Source: Eledone cirrhosa (Eukaryota). Taken from it: a DNA stretch of 64,000 nt. Position 1 is the first letter of the stretch. Every line of letters begins with the position of its first letter. The DNA is taken from NCBI GenBank assembly GCA_964016885.1, contig OZ024742.1:182032001-182096000 (forward strand). Reading direction: 5' to 3'. Shown piece after piece: positions 41,211 to 56,211 of the stretch. The notes beneath the pieces were generated by a model. The model saw only the letters and a list, made by a program, of their open reading frames with translations. It made no database searches and had not been told where the DNA came from. Made by a program: the position numbers and the translations under genes.

Positions 41211-41261
41211 GTATATATGTGTGTGTGTGTATATATATCTATATGTATCTATATATATATA

Positions 41262-42561
41262 TGTAACTGTAGAATCAAAAGAAATTGCCCATTAAAGGGA
41301 AATTGTCTTATTAATAACATAGTCTATAAATGTAAAATTAGCACTAAGTCTCACCTTATTCATATATAGGAGCTACGTCTAACCAATTTAAAATCAGATT
41401 TAATACCCACAAACATAGTTTTAAAAATGCCGCATTAACTAATACAACATCCTTGGCTGAAACAATTAATAATTATAGAAAAAATAATATCGATTACAAC
41501 CTGACCTGGAGTGTGCTCAAAAGGGCCACCCCTTATCAAAATAACAGATACAAGTGTAGGTTATGCTCCCAGGAACTTTTTGAAATCATGAAATCTAAGG
41601 ATATCCTATTAAATAAACGACAGAAATTAATTATATCTTGCAATCATAGAATTAGAAGAACCTTTAAATATTATCAACCTAATTAATATACACCTTACAC
41701 TTATATTTTACATATTATTATAATTAGTTTTTTTTAAATTTAGTTAACCTATAATTAGTACTTTACTACAGAGAACTTCATAATTTTATTTCCCTCTAAC
41801 AGCTCTCTTTTCCTAAAATTAATACCTAAAAGTATACCTATAAATTAATTTAATTTCCTGTTATGAATCTAGATTGCTTGTAGTTTATATAAGATTGGTA
41901 TTTCCCACTACTACCCTTATCCCAACATTTTACTTTCCTTCGTTTTTAACAGCACTCTTTAATAACATCTAATTCTTATTTATCACATTCATATGAATTA
42001 ATATAAATTATCCTTATAAGTATACCTATCAATTAATTTAATTTCTTGTTATAGATCTAGATTCCTTGTGGTTTAAATAAGATTGGTATTTCTCAGTAAT
42101 ACCCTTACCCTAAAATTTTATTTTCCTTCGTTTTTAACATTATTCTTTAATAACATCAAATGTTCGTGTACCGTTCACAGGCTTGCCCTCTTTTCATCCC
42201 CAAATTATTCTTTTCATTCAAAACATAAGTCTGCACTCCTCTACCTCTAAATTAAATTTCTACTACCACTATTCTATCAACCTGACCTCTAACTACTTTT
42301 CTATTGGTCAATTCAAAACCTGTTCCCAAACAGACCTTTTATATTAAATCTTTGTTGTTTTTTTTTCAATAAACAAATCTCATCATTTCTGAAGACAGCA
42401 TGTATATGTGAAGGTATTTCCCCTGATAATTTGTAATATTTTTACATAGATCTATATGATATACATACCAACACACATATACATCCTAGAAACGATCGTA
42501 AAATGATGAATTTTTTAATATAAGGAAGTTGTTCTTTGTTTTTATTTCATTGTTTTTATTA

Positions 42562-42568
<7 letters not shown>
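41262..42568 (+). mobile_element. Second Hydra-like PLE (family C): frameshifted GIY-YIG + 3' UTR + HHR, between (TA)n tracts
   Basis: CNCRIKRNCPLKGNC (CxCx5Cx5C), NIVYKC, YIGAT..FKIRFNTHKHSF, YNLTWSVLKRA...CRLCSQE...LLNKR...CNH: colinear with the C-terminus of the 11422 ORF. Confidence 0.88.
42380..42509 (+). ncRNA. Type I HHR with about 90-nt stem II region
   Basis: tcatcattt CTGAAGA cagcatgtatatgtg...cacatatacatcct a GAAA c gatc g TA aaatgatga: 9-bp stem I. Confidence 0.8.
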
Positions 42569-42655
<87 letters not shown>

Positions 42656-42861
42656 CGTTTCTGAATTTGTTTAGCAAGATTCTTTATCTGAAATCGTGTT
42701 GAAACCGATATTGTTATGGAACCAACCAACCAACCAGAAATTTATAAATTTATAAATTTATTATAAATTTATTATAATAAATTGAAGTGAAAGCAACTGG
42801 TGCGTGTGTTTCTTATTGGCAACATGACCCTCCCAAAGTATAACAATATATATATATATAT

Positions 42862-43702
42862 ATTTAATACAATAACAGAGAAAGTTTTAAGCTAAACTCT
42901 GACTGGTAACCATCTCACTCAACAAACATTAGGATATACGTTAGTATAATCCCAATTTTGTGTTTGGGGTGCTAACTATATGTATTTTGTGGAAAGCCAG
43001 TTGTATTATTTTATATGAGATATAATTAAAATTAAAATATATCTCTCTTTCCAAACAATTGTTTCACTATAAGTTTTCTACAAGTTGGGAGAATGTTTCC
43101 GGTTTATGTAGAAGCCTACATATTTTTCTGTAAGAACATATGCAGGTGGGTACTTATAAATCATCAGTGGATGCCCATTAAACTTTGATATAAGAAAAAA
43201 TTTCTTACCGCAGTTATTTTTCGTGTCCGCTAAGTCGTCCCCTCACGCATCAAATGACTGCCAAATTTGAAATTCCAGCAGTCTTTAGACTGAGGAATAT
43301 CACAGCGTCACGAAGCGGAAAAGGGAGGCAATCGCGAATCACAAGAAAGTAAAATAATATACACGTGGATTAATTAGTTTTTTCAAAAACAACATCAATC
43401 CTGCGTGTTAAGAACTCAATTAATTTTAAAAAAATAATTGTATGCATGTATTAATTACACACGCATATTGATATTTTCTTAGGCTAAAAACAGAGAAGTG
43501 ATACCTAAATAACAAACAATATCTCATAATAGTAATAAATACGGAAAGTTACGTTTAAAAGGTATCTGGAAATATAATTCTCTGGCCAAATCAAGAGTAA
43601 AATATTTAATACAATAACAGAGAAAGCTTTAAGCTAAACTCTGACTGGTAACCATCTCACTCAACAAACATTAGGATATACGTTAGTATAATCCCAATTT
43701 TG
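42862..43702 (+). mobile_element. (TA)-bounded element with about 100-bp direct terminal repeats (pLTR-like); homolog at 19822-19990 (-)
   Basis: About 42862-42961 matches 43603-43702. Confidence 0.6.
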
Positions 43703-43719
43703 TATATATATATATATAT

Positions 43720-44150
43720 ATTCATTGCTGTAGTGGAGTCTGTGCTGTTGTACGGGTCTGAGACTTGGACACTTACCAAGAAAGTCACTCAGATGGTGGA
43801 TGGGTGCTACACGAGAATGCTGAGGATGGCTCTGAACATTAATCAGTATACACTGGGGATAAATAACTCACAGCTGTATGGGACACTCCCAAAAGTTAGC
43901 TCAAAAGTGACACAGAGGAGACTGAGGTTAGCTCGACATGCTCACCGACATCCAGAGTTGACATTACACTCAGTGATCCTGTGAGAGCCGCTACATGGAC
44001 ACAGTGGAAGAGGAAGACCAAGGTTAACGTATGTTGATGCCCTAAGGACAGACACTGGTCTGTTGGCGACGCAGGACATGGCAGCGATAATGAGGGACAG
44101 AGACGGCTGGAGAGATCTCGTTCATGTATCTCGGGAATTTTACCCGCCCT
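43720..44150 (+). mobile_element. RTE-like LINE 3' fragment
   Basis: AVVESVLLYGSETWTLTKK...DGCYTRMLRMALN...RRLRLARHAHRH...GRGRPRLTYVD. Confidence 0.88.
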
Positions 44151-44511
44151 AGATAGAATACATATATGTGTGTGATATATATATGATAGTGCTATTTGCA
44201 CTATCATATATTTTGGTTTCAATTAATTCCCTGGGCAATTGGTTGATCAAATGCTTTGGTTAATTTACTTATTTTTATTTTTTTTATTTTGTTCTTTCTC
44301 TTAGATTTCAGGTATTTTTTGAAAGCAAAGCATTGGCCCCTAAAATACTACAGTGGGCCCTGCAATGCTAATGTGTGCTCTTGCAATGCTACCATGGACA
44401 CCCTGGGGCCCACTTGCAATCGGGCAATCTGGCAACCTGGCCAGTCCGCCACTGTTTATATATATGTTCAAAGATAAAAATACACTTGTGTATTAATATT
44501 GCAGTACAGCA

Positions 44512-44682
44512 GGGCAGGGTAGTTGGCAGAATCATTTGAAGCATCTACCGATATTATTTGCGGTCTGAGTTCAAATCCCGCCGAGGTTAAGTTTGGCTTT
44601 CGTCCTTACGGGGTCGATAAAATAAAGTATCATTAATGCATGGGATAATTGCTGGTCTTGTGCCAAATGTAGAAACAATTAT
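44512..44682 (+). mobile_element. SINE
   Basis: Same family as 8832. Confidence 0.8.
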
Positions 44683-45696
44683 TTGCTATACATTTTCGGC
44701 TCTTTACATCTTGAGTTCAAATTTCGCAGAGGTTAATTTTATCTTTCATCTTTTCGGGGTCAATAAATAACATACCAGAAAATACTGAATTCGATTTAAT
44801 CGACTCTACTTTTCCACCAATATTTTAAACTTGTGTCTCAATTAGAAACCATAATTTCTAACTAGTGTAAAGTGACACTAAAATTAGACGAAATACTTTG
44901 TTCTGAGTTGCAAATTTGCCTTTAATCTTTCGGAGTCCGATATCATCAAATACCAATCAAGGTCTGGAATCGATTAAACATTCCTGCAAAACATTTGTCA
45001 TTGTATCGAAGTTAAGGATAATTATTTCTAGCTAACAGTCGCATCCAGTACACTCTAAAATGTGGTTTATGATAAGAGAGGCATCCAACTGTTGTAAACT
45101 TGCCAAACAAAGCGCTGAGAGTACTCTTCATTTGTGTCAAAGGCATTATATTCCACCTAGTGCTTGGTGTCACTATAAAATGCACACCTCTAATACTTGC
45201 CAGCAGTGAAACGGGCCTTAAATGATGTTGATGATTTCTATACTAAAATAAATATAATTGCATGGATTATCTATACTTTGAATAAGTTGCTGTTAAAAGA
45301 TGCTTGCAATTTTCGTATGCTCTGAAAAGTTAATCCATTCAGAAGTGTTACGTCGAAGTCATCTGGAAGATGGTTTGATTTGAGCTTCATGGTATAACCT
45401 ATTAGATATGCTTCCACACTGTGTTTGTCCAATAGAAGCTGCTCACTAAGCTTGAATTGACTCGTGACTATGGCAAAGATAGTTGGCTAACATGTCACAC
45501 AGTGGCATCGAAACTGGGGCTCCATGATTTCGTAGCGAACGTTTCAAGTATTGGGGCATGCGTATATTCCTGTTTGCTTATAGGGTGCAGCAATAGGAAG
45601 GGTGTGTGTATGTACTATAAGAAAGTATAAGTAAATAGCTGGAATGATCGAGAAGAAATTGTGTATCAGGGTTACATCCTTTAATGCATCCTGAGT

Positions 45697-45915
45697 GTGG
45701 TGGTTTGGCAGTATCGGTAGAGCGTCTGACACCATGCTTCGTGGCATAGAGTTGTGGCCCTTTACGTTCTGAGTTCAAATCCCACCGAGGTTAGTTTTGT
45801 CTTTCATCCTTACGGCGTTGATAAAATAAAGTACAAGTAACGCACTCAGGTCGATTTAATTGACTTTCCCTTCCCTCCAAAATTGTTGGCCTTGTGCCTA
45901 AATCAGAAACCATTA
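45697..45915 (+). mobile_element. SINE
   Basis: Same family as 8832. Confidence 0.85.
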
Positions 45916-45961
45916 TTTAATAAATTCCTCCCTTTTTGGAACACAGCTAAGATTTCTAGGT

Positions 45962-45992
<31 letters not shown>

Positions 45993-46333
45993 GTATTTCT
46001 AGCACTTCAAGCAACCCCATAGAGGCCCGTTATTAGATTGACAGTGATATTGCTGTTATTCCTGGGGCAATGCAATCACGATTACTTTCCCATCTATTCT
46101 TTCAATACCACCACCCACTAGACCTAACAATAAAACGATTGGGATAATTCTAATCTTACAGCATTACTTGCTACTCGAAACTCTATCATTCAGACAATAA
46201 GATTGAAACTTATAATATATGTTGCAATGTATTTCTTAAATGATATCTCTGTTGACTTCATGAAGATGTTGGTTATATACATACATAAATACATACATAC
46301 ATACATACATACATACATACATACATACATACA

Positions 46334-46367
<34 letters not shown>

Positions 46368-46402
46368 CACACACATATATATACATATATATATATATAT
46401 AC

Positions 46403-46468
<66 letters not shown>

Positions 46469-47015
46469 TTATATATATATATATACATATATATACATAT
46501 ATATATATGTGTGTGTGTGTATGTATGTATTATGCTTACAATCATTGTTACACACGCATATATTTCTCTATTTCATACTCTCACTACACGCACATATACA
46601 CCCCTTCATACACACACACATGTTCACGAATATACGAATCTCTCTACTATATGTGTGCATGTATGTATATATATATATCGCTGTGTGAGTTTATTAGTGT
46701 TTGTGTGTGTGTGTTTGGCTATATGTCTGAAGTATTGAATTGTAGGGTAACAGAGTAAACTGCTGTTTCGTGTTACAATACTTGTTTTCACTCCATTATT
46801 TACAACTTGTATTGTACAGGCTTTTCTAAAGCAATTTTAGCGACACGCACATACATATATACAAACATACATACATGCATACATACATACATACTACATA
46901 CATGCGCGCGCACATATTTTTGTGCGTAAATATATGCATAAATGTAAATATATGTATGAATGTAAATATATGTATACTTTCACGTGCACAACGGATAATT
47001 CACTTCCATTTAGCG

Positions 47016-47084
<69 letters not shown>

Positions 47085-47643
47085 TATATTTAGTTGCAAA
47101 TAATAAATCGATAGCTTCCAACACAAATATTTAGGCCTATGTGCAACGCATGGAAAGCTTCATTTGTCATTTGCTGCATTCACTTCAGTCAACTTTCATA
47201 CATCTTATGATGCAACAGGCATTGAAATAAATAGGCATTAAAATAGAAATATTCGTTGTTATCATGTTAGCAGGGAAAATAATAAAAGTATTCAAGAAAA
47301 TTTGATTGAAAGTAACATGATCTGTTAAGATGATAAAAACGTGCCACACTCTCGACATTTTCTTCTCAAGTATTTGACCTACAAGTGAGGACGGAAGATA
47401 AAGTTGAATTTAAACTATGACAGTTATCATCCGGATAAAAATCTATAATCTGACTTACGTCTCCATTAAACATTCTAAAAACATAACGTCTAGCTTTTGG
47501 CTACTTTGCAGACGACAAATGATCAAGAGAATATTGTTGATGTGGCATAAAGCTTCTATATAAAAAAAAATGGAGAATTATAGTGAAAGAATGAAAGAGA
47601 GGATGAGATTGAAAGTCAGACAGATAAATAGATAGAAAGTGAG

Positions 47644-47689
<46 letters not shown>

Positions 47690-47784
47690 ATTGATAGATA
47701 GATAGATAGAAAGATAGATAGGGGAAAACAAAACCAGAGAACAAAATGAGAGAAAGATATAAAGAAACATATATATAGAGAGAG

Positions 47785-47871
<87 letters not shown>

Positions 47872-48590
47872 AAAGATAGTGGAAGAACAAAATAAGAGAG
47901 AGAAGAAAAAGATCGAAGCGAAAAAGAGACACAAACAGACAGATAGATATAAAAAAAGTTAGTGAAAGAACAAAATGAGAGAGAGGAAGTAAAGAGAGAG
48001 AGAGAGGGAGAGTGAGAGAAGGAGATACAGGGGGAGAGAGAGTAAGAGAGAGAAAGAAAGAGAAATATGAGATTCGGCTAAACTAAGACGTTTGCTTGAA
48101 AGACATTTCCAATCTCTTGACTGTACATCTTTTCTTACCCCACCGTTAACTGTTAACTCTTCTGCGTTTAATAGAAAATAAGGAAGATTACTTGAAAATT
48201 CTTTGAATTGCTTTTGTCGCATTGCCAAATACTAAATCTTTAGGTTTACTTGTGCCAAATATCAGGCAATTGATGTTGGTTAATTCCTTCTAGGCATTCT
48301 TTTTGTCTTGTTTGGTTATTTTTGTCGCAACTCCTTCAAGTTATTGTTAACATTTTAGCTAACCTCCCAATGATCATTTTTCCAACTGTTACAGAGAGAC
48401 ATTCTGTCGACAGAATGTTATGAAGTGACACGCTACACCATACTCTAAGTCTAATAGGTCAATGAAGTAATGCCTGCCGGTTCGATGTTCTCTTTGGCTT
48501 TATTTCTAATTCGATGTTGTATACCTCAAATACACATACAACCATGCATACACACGCACACACTCATACAAACACACACAAACACACACA

Positions 48591-48650
<60 letters not shown>

Positions 48651-48707
48651 TATATATATATTTGTGTGTGCATACAAATATATGCGTCTATATAGGGATT
48701 GCATTTA

Positions 48708-48753
<46 letters not shown>

Positions 48754-48761
48754 ACATGCGC

Positions 48762-48826
<65 letters not shown>

Positions 48827-48862
48827 TCATACATACATATATATGTGTGTATATATATATAC

Positions 48863-48910
<48 letters not shown>

Positions 48911-50900
48911 TGTACTGTGATTTACCAGGATTAAAAGTTCAAATTCATTATATGATGTTCAAAATACTCTTATCGGCTATTCTCGCAGATTTGATAACCT
49001 AAGGCAATAGCGTCACGCTCTTGGATGCTAAGGTATCTCAATTGAAAAGCATTTCAATGAGCAGCGATTAGATATATGCTATAGTTTCCTATGACTCAAC
49101 ATCTACTGTAAATGCAACTAACAAAAACAACTTTATATAATAGACCATTAGTTAATTGAAAACATTACAGTTCTGCTCATCCTCGTATTATCTTAATTCA
49201 TTCTCTACCATATTAATGAAACTCTTTGGATAATATTTTAAAATCAATTCTAAAATAATAGAGAATTTTGAAGGATTTTCTAATTTTCTGGTTATTTATC
49301 TGCTGTTGGAACATAACCTAAGCATTGTTAAATAAAGTTATATAGGAATGTTTGTTAGATAAATATGTAAAACTTTCGTTTCCATATTTCGTTTCCATAT
49401 TTCCATTAGAATTCATCCCCGGTTACATTCAAATAATGTACGAAATAATTATGAATCTGGAAGAATTTTATAATATAACAAACTTTCCTATCATTCTTTT
49501 GGTTTTTAAAACATAATTTGTGATATTCAATATATTATTAGTTATGTAAGGGAGATGAATTAGTTGAATTGTTAGAACACCGGACAAAAAGCTTTGCGGC
49601 ATTTAGTTATGGCTTTTTAGATTCTGAATTCAAATAGTACTGAGGTTAACTGTGCCTTTTATCATCCCAGCGTGATGAAATAAAGTACCGTAATCGATTT
49701 CCATCCTCTAGGGTCGTGCCTAAATTAGAAACCTTTAGTTTGAGAAACAGGATTCAGGCATGGTTGAGAGTCTACGAAGTTCGCTTGGCAATCATGACTT
49801 CACAGAATGGGATCTTGGAAAAGTGTCTTTGCCATATCCTCGGGTCGTCCAAACCTTTGTTAGTTAAATTAGGTAGAAGAAAACTGTGTAGAAGCCCGTC
49901 GGATGGAATGTATCTGTAATTCAAAGTTCTAGTTTAGTTGTATACGATCATTCAATTAAGGAATTATGTCTGTGGAATACTGAGGTAGTTACACATTACC
50001 TACCAAGTCTGATGTTCAGTTCATCGAATAACTGTTTGATCATCGTTCGAACTGACGGAGGATCCTTCATCAGTTAGTCAGAAGAGGAGGGGCAATGTCA
50101 GTGACCTCTACAGGCACTCTGGGGGCTATATTTCAAACATGTAACAGAATACAGAATATTTTCAACACTTCCTTTATTTGCAATGTATTTCATAAATAGA
50201 ACATTATATGTGAGCACTTATAAACATATTTATTCATATATTTATGCATAAATAAATTTAAACGTCTATAAAGATATATAATATTTACATTTATTTATTG
50301 CGTATTATTTCCAGTGTAAAGAATGTTTTTATCGATGTTTTGATCGTAATGTATATGTTATTCTTTATTCAAAAATGTGTTTCCATAGAAACCTTTCATT
50401 CATTTCGCTCTCTTCCTCTCACTCTCTCATTCTCTCACACACACACATGCATTCACTCACTCACACACACTCTCTCTCTCTCTTTCTCTCTCACCCCTTC
50501 TATCTCAATGCTTTTTCCCCACAAACCGCAACCGCATTTCATTGCAGAATTCTATAATATTGAAACCATTACATTATATTTTCTTTTCTTTCTTTGTTCT
50601 CATTTTTACACGAAATACTGCTTGCAAACTCAAACATTCCTCGAATCGTAGATTTTAACAGGCAAAAACTGATTTAACAATTAAATTCAATAAATATTTT
50701 ACGAAAGATATGTTAAAAAAAAATATAAGACATAATAAAAATAATAATGATTAAATGAAATTGTTTTAAATTCCTTGAGAAAAACTATTTCGTCTTTTAA
50801 ACATTGTTTCTTATTTCATTTGTGTGGAAACTATTTTGAGTAAATGTTTCGACTTCCAGATTTTTACACAATGGCATGCATTTATATACATATATATATA

Positions 50901-50955
<55 letters not shown>

Positions 50956-50958
50956 GTA

Positions 50959-51051
<93 letters not shown>

Positions 51052-51053
<2 letters not shown>

Positions 51054-51240
51054 CGAAGGAAATGTGGTAAGGAACCAGGTGGACCATAACGCACCAAAGT
51101 ACTCAATACTTGAGGTAGTAGAGTGGGTAATAGGAACCAGTAAGACCCCGACAGCTGAGCTCAAGCCGTTTCGACGGCTAATTCTGGACCAAGAATTAGC
51201 CGTCGAAACGGCTTGAGCTCAGCTGTCGGGGTCTTACTGG

Positions 51241-51244
<4 letters not shown>
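51052..51244 (-). mobile_element. Family A terminus with snap-back inversion
   Basis: Reverse complement of 14100-14236 joined to direct 14104-14155. Confidence 0.9.
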
Positions 51245-51295
<51 letters not shown>

Positions 51296-51649
51296 ATGTG
51301 TGTGTGTGTACATACATATACATATATATATATATGTATGTACATATAAATATATGTATGCATGTGTGTGTGTATGTGTAATCAATTTATTTAAGATAAA
51401 ATTGGCTTCTGTGGAAACTATTTTGAGTACATTTTTCGACTTCCAGATTTTTACACAATGACATATGTATATTTATATAAATATTTTATTTCGGATAGAA
51501 ATAGCTTTTAGAGAACTAGCAGTGTTTCACACTATATAAACACGCTTCTGTAATATTTCCGTCATTTTCTGCTTATTATATAGGATGGAAGCAGGAATCC
51601 TTTGCTTAAACTTTTAATCTGTGCTAATGATAATAGAATAATAATAATA

Positions 51650-52296
51650 ATTGTTTCTAGTTTAGGCTCAAGGCTAGCAATTTGAAGGGGAGGAGAAGAA
51701 AGGCGAATAAATCGACCCGAGTGCTTACTGGTACTTTATTTTATCGAATGCACAAGGATGAAAGACAAAGTTTGCCTCGCCGGAATTTGAAACCAGAAAG
51801 TAAAGAACCGTAACTCAATAATGGTTTCTTATATAGGCACTAGGCCAGCAATCTTGGGGGGGTAGGGGAAAGTCGATTAAATCGACCCCCCCAGTGCATT
51901 ACTGGTACATTATTTTATCGACCCCGTAAGGATGAAAGGCAAAGTTAACCTCGGCGGGATTTGAACTCAGAATGGCAAGGGCCGTAACTCTATGCGTCAA
52001 AGCATGGCGTCCGACACTCTCCCGATACTGCCAATCCACTGCCCCTACCGTAACTCAATAATAATAATAATAATAATAATTGTTTCTACTTTAGGCACAA
52101 GGCCAGCAATTTGTGGGAGGGGAAAGTCGATTAAAACGACTCCAGTGCATTACTGGTATTTTATTTTATCGACCCCGTAAGGATGAAAGGCAAAGTTAAC
52201 CTCGGCGGGATTTGATCTCAGACCATGAAGGACCGTAACTATAGGCCGGAAAGCACGATGTCCGACACTCTACCTATACTGCCAATCCACCGCCTT
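51650..52296 (-). mobile_element. Three consecutive SINEs
   Basis: Copies at about 51650-51812, 51818-52047 and 52078-52296. Confidence 0.85.
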
Positions 52297-52591
52297 CTTA
52301 GAAGGTGCCGGCCATTTTTTTTTTATGCCTTCTGTTCGTTGAAGAGAAAGGGAATATGTCGGTATGTGTGTTTTTGTGAGAGAGACAGATGTCACCTATT
52401 TATCTTTTAATTCAATATATATATATATATATTGTTTCTTGCTTCTCTCCTCTCTCCGACAAAACATAATTCTGAAACGCCAGTTCCACTTTCCTCTACA
52501 ACATATTAACACATTCATACATACATACATACATACATATATATACAATATATACACCACTATAAAACAAAAAATAACAGTATAAATGTGA

Positions 52592-52930
52592 AGGCGCATA
52601 GCTCAGTGGTTAGAGCATTGGGCTTGTTATTGAGAGGTTGTGAGTTCGATTCTCGGACCGGGTGATGTGTTGTATCCTTGAGAAAGACACTTTATTACAC
52701 GTTGCTCCAGTTTACTCAGTTGTAGAAATGAGTTGCGACGTCTCTGGTTCCAGGCTGTAACAACCATTGCATTTCCCTTGGACAACATCGGCGGCGTGGA
52801 AAGGGGAGACTGGTATGCATGGGTAACTACTGGTCTTCCACAAAACAAACCTTGCCCAGGCTTATGCCTCGGAGGGAAACTTTCTAGGTGCAAATCTATC
52901 GTCATTCGTGACCAAGTGGGGCCTTCAATT
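52592..52930 (+). mobile_element. Second tRNA-derived SINE family (CORE/V-like); fragments at about 23645 (+) and 20590 (-)
   Basis: A box TAGCTCAGTGG, B box GAGTTCGATTC, then TGTATCCTTGAGAAAGACACTT. Confidence 0.75.
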
Positions 52931-53244
52931 GGGGGTGGAGATTTGTAGACTGAGGGAAGATGAAATATTTGATCAGTCAAACATGTGACCTCAAGATGTC
53001 ACAGACTATTGACTGTCTGTTTGTCTGTTGACTGTTACTTATCCCTGGGGAACATGTTGTAGTAAATTAAACTTCAATACAATATAATTGTTTCTACTTT
53101 TCGCACAAGGCCAGCAATTACCCAGTGTATTACTGGTACTTTATTTTATCGACCCCATAAGGATGAAAGGCAAAGTTAACCTTGGCGGGATTTGAACTCA
53201 GAATGGCAATACAATATAATACTTATATATATACATATATATGA

Positions 53245-53706
53245 ATCACTACTTCCCTACGGACAAATGACACTGCACACGAGGCCCGAATACAGAAGAG
53301 CCGAACTCTCATTGTCATCACCTCCATCTATCATGACCTCCCCATCTCTCTGTATTATGAGCAAATGGGGTCCCACGTGCTTGCCACCCATGACCCCGGT
53401 GGACAAAATGGAGAAGGCATTTCCCCGGAGGATGGTAACGGAGATGCGCTGGAAGAGCGATTCCATCTAGCGAGGCTCACACCAGCGGCTAGCCAGATCA
53501 GCGCCTATGATGATAAGTAGGGAGGTAACCATAGAGCCAAGGACACCATAAGTCTCCACTGCTAGGGGAACGACTGCAAACCTGTCGGAGAGGGACCGAT
53601 ACTTGGAAAGTTTACCCTCCTTAGCCCGAAGTGCAGCAGAACCTGGGTTAGTCGCAGACTGCACCAGGTTGCGGCTGGAGAATGTGTCGTTGCAAGTGAC
53701 ATCCCA
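53245..53706 (-). mobile_element. CRE-like non-LTR retrotransposon 3' fragment (restriction-like endonuclease)
   Basis: WDVTCNDTF...AALRAKEGKLSKY...FAVVPLAVETYG, then QRISVTILRGNAFSIL after a frameshift. Confidence 0.75.
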
Positions 53707-54320
53707 GTGGTGGGTGGAAAATGTTTAACTGATACATCATTCACATCAATTTCTCTTTGACTGTTTAAATGTTGACACTTGACTGATACCTGTCATTGGT
53801 GAGTGGGAAAGGTTTAAACAACACACGGGTCATATAAATGTGACTTTGGCTGCCTGGTTGTTGACTTACCTGTCATTGGGGAGTAGCATATGTTTAACTG
53901 ACACATGGCTGCTTCACTGTTGACTTACCTGTCGATGATTAGGGGCCTAGTTTAACTGACACATGGGTCAACAGAACATGACTGGCTGCTTCACTGTTGA
54001 CTTACCTGTCGATGATTAGTGGCCTAGTTTAACTCACACATGGGTCACAGAGACGTGACTCTGGCTGTCTCGCTGTTCACTGTTATCTGTCGTTGTTAGT
54101 GACATAGGTTTAAGTGATACATGGGTAATAGGAAAATTACTCTGATTGCCTGGCTGTTGACTTATTTGCCTGGCTGTTGACTTATCTGCCGTTGGTGGGA
54201 GGGAAAGGTTTAAGTGACACATGGATCACAGGAACGCAACACTGGTTCTTTGACTGTTGATTGTTACCTGTCGTTAGTAGGCAGCAAATGTTTAACTGGT
54301 CCCTGAATCACAGAAACCTG
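53707..54320. repeat. Degenerate minisatellite, unit about 55-65 bp
   Basis: Recurring CTGTTGACTTACCTGTC...GTTTAACTGACACATGG. A related unit lies at about 52960-53060. Confidence 0.85.
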
Positions 54321-55470
54321 TCTCTAATTGAATGGCTAACAATCACACTTGGCGTGTGGGAATGGTCTAATCCTTTAATTCTTTAACACTCTGCAATGAT
54401 TTAACAGAAAATGTCTATAAATGGATTTATTTTCAAATATTTATAATATCCTTACTAGTGAACAGATGTGAAACTTTGTAGCATTGAAATAAAGACTTTG
54501 AAATAAAGATTGTGTTATGAGTTGTAGCCATAGAGCTGTTTTGTACTTTTCATAATCCAGTTTCATGTTGTAGAGGAGTTAAAAATTCACAGAAAGTTGT
54601 CTGGAATTCTACTCCAGCGAACTCTTTAACCACACAGCCATACTAGCACTGTATCTACGATAGCCCATATAATTGCATATTTGTGAATACATGCGTATAG
54701 AACAGAAACCACGTCGATCACAGCCCTTTTCTTCTGATAACATCAACCACACGGATTAGGGAAGGCCTGGGAAGGCTATATACCAGTCTTACTCCTGACC
54801 AAACCAACCACATGTTACTAGGAAGGCCTGAGATGGCCATACACACGGCTATTACTCCGCACCACATCAACTACAGGGGTCTGGGAACGCTTGGGAAGTC
54901 CTTACACGCTGACTTTTCTCCAGACTACTCTTATAAAAGAAGTCTAAGAAAGCTTGAGAAGACCAGGCACGCAGTTCCTTACTCTAGACCACACCACCAC
55001 CACCACCACCACCAATACCAACAACAGCATCACAACCATCATGACCACTTCCTCTGCCGTCTGTCCAGTGACGTCATTACTACGGATTTAATACAATATT
55101 CTTCTAAAGTGTTTTTCTTTTGCATCTCAAACACCTCTTATCGTCTGTATTTATCGATTTATTGTGTCATGTCGAGGTGAGGGAGAGAGAGAGGTAGAGA
55201 GTGTGATAGATAAATGGAGGCATAAAACGTGAGTGGGGTAGATAGATAGATAGATGGGTGGATGGATGGAGACGTGAAGAATGAGTGAAATATATAGAGA
55301 GCGGTATAGAGAGAGACAGAGGTAGCTAGAGGGAAATATAGGGAATAAGAGAGGCAAATAGATAAAGGAAAGATAGATAAATAGATAGTCAAATAGAGAG
55401 GGGGTAGCTAGAGAGAACGGAGGGGGGATAGAAATGTGAGGGGAGTAAAGAAGTAGGTAACAGAGAGGTA

Positions 55471-55535
<65 letters not shown>

Positions 55536-56211
55536 GGTAGTAATTGTAGAAGTAATTGAAGGGATTAGAGTTAGAAGAAGGGAAAGAAAATGATAAAGAA
55601 AAATATGAAAGAGAGAGAGAGAGAGGGGGGGGGGTTAAAGCAGAGAGAAAAAGAGAAAGGTATGAAGAAAGATAGGGAAAAGCGCGAAGAAAGAAATTAA
55701 GAGGGGGGGGGGGGTGAAGATAGAAATTAATAGAAAGAGAGAGAAAAGTATGAGGAGAGAGATTTAAAGAGCTAGAGAGAGGGAAAGGTAAGAAGAGAGA
55801 GATTAGGAGAGAAAGACACGACGAGAGATAGAGAATTTAAGATATGCAGAGAGAAAGAGAGAGAATCGAAGAGAAAAATATATGAAGAGATAGAAAGACA
55901 TATAGATAGGTTGAGAGAGATACTAAAAAAGTAGAAGAGATGCAGAGAGATGTAAAGAGAGAGAGGGCGAGAACAAGATAGAGAGAATCACAGTGAGAAG
56001 GTAAGATATTGAAGGAAAGAACAAGAAACAGAGAGAGAAGGAAAGAAACAGTGAATAATATGAAGAGAGTGGTGGTGACAGTGGCATATTTATACATACA
56101 TATATAACAAGATAAAATAAATGGAGAATAGGAAGGCTGTGGAGTTGCTAGATAAGGTAGGCTTAACATTAAGAAGAAAGCAAGAACGAGGGCGGGGGGG
56201 GGGGGAATGTT

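Larger units (their letters stand above)
40430..44454 (+). mobile_element. hAT-like non-autonomous element with nested insertions
   Basis: CAGTGGCGGACT at 40430 and AGTCCGCCACTG ending at 44454. Flanks TATATATA / TTTATATA. Pairing of these two ends is tentative because 36316 is an alternative left end. Confidence 0.5.

Noticed and set aside
52592-52670. tRNA gene
   Set aside because: A/B boxes present but no proper cloverleaf, and it continues into a SINE body.
54735-55144. Possible solo LTR (TGATAA...TTATCG ends, TATAAAA, AATACA)
   Set aside because: No CA end or matching TSD; single copy in window.
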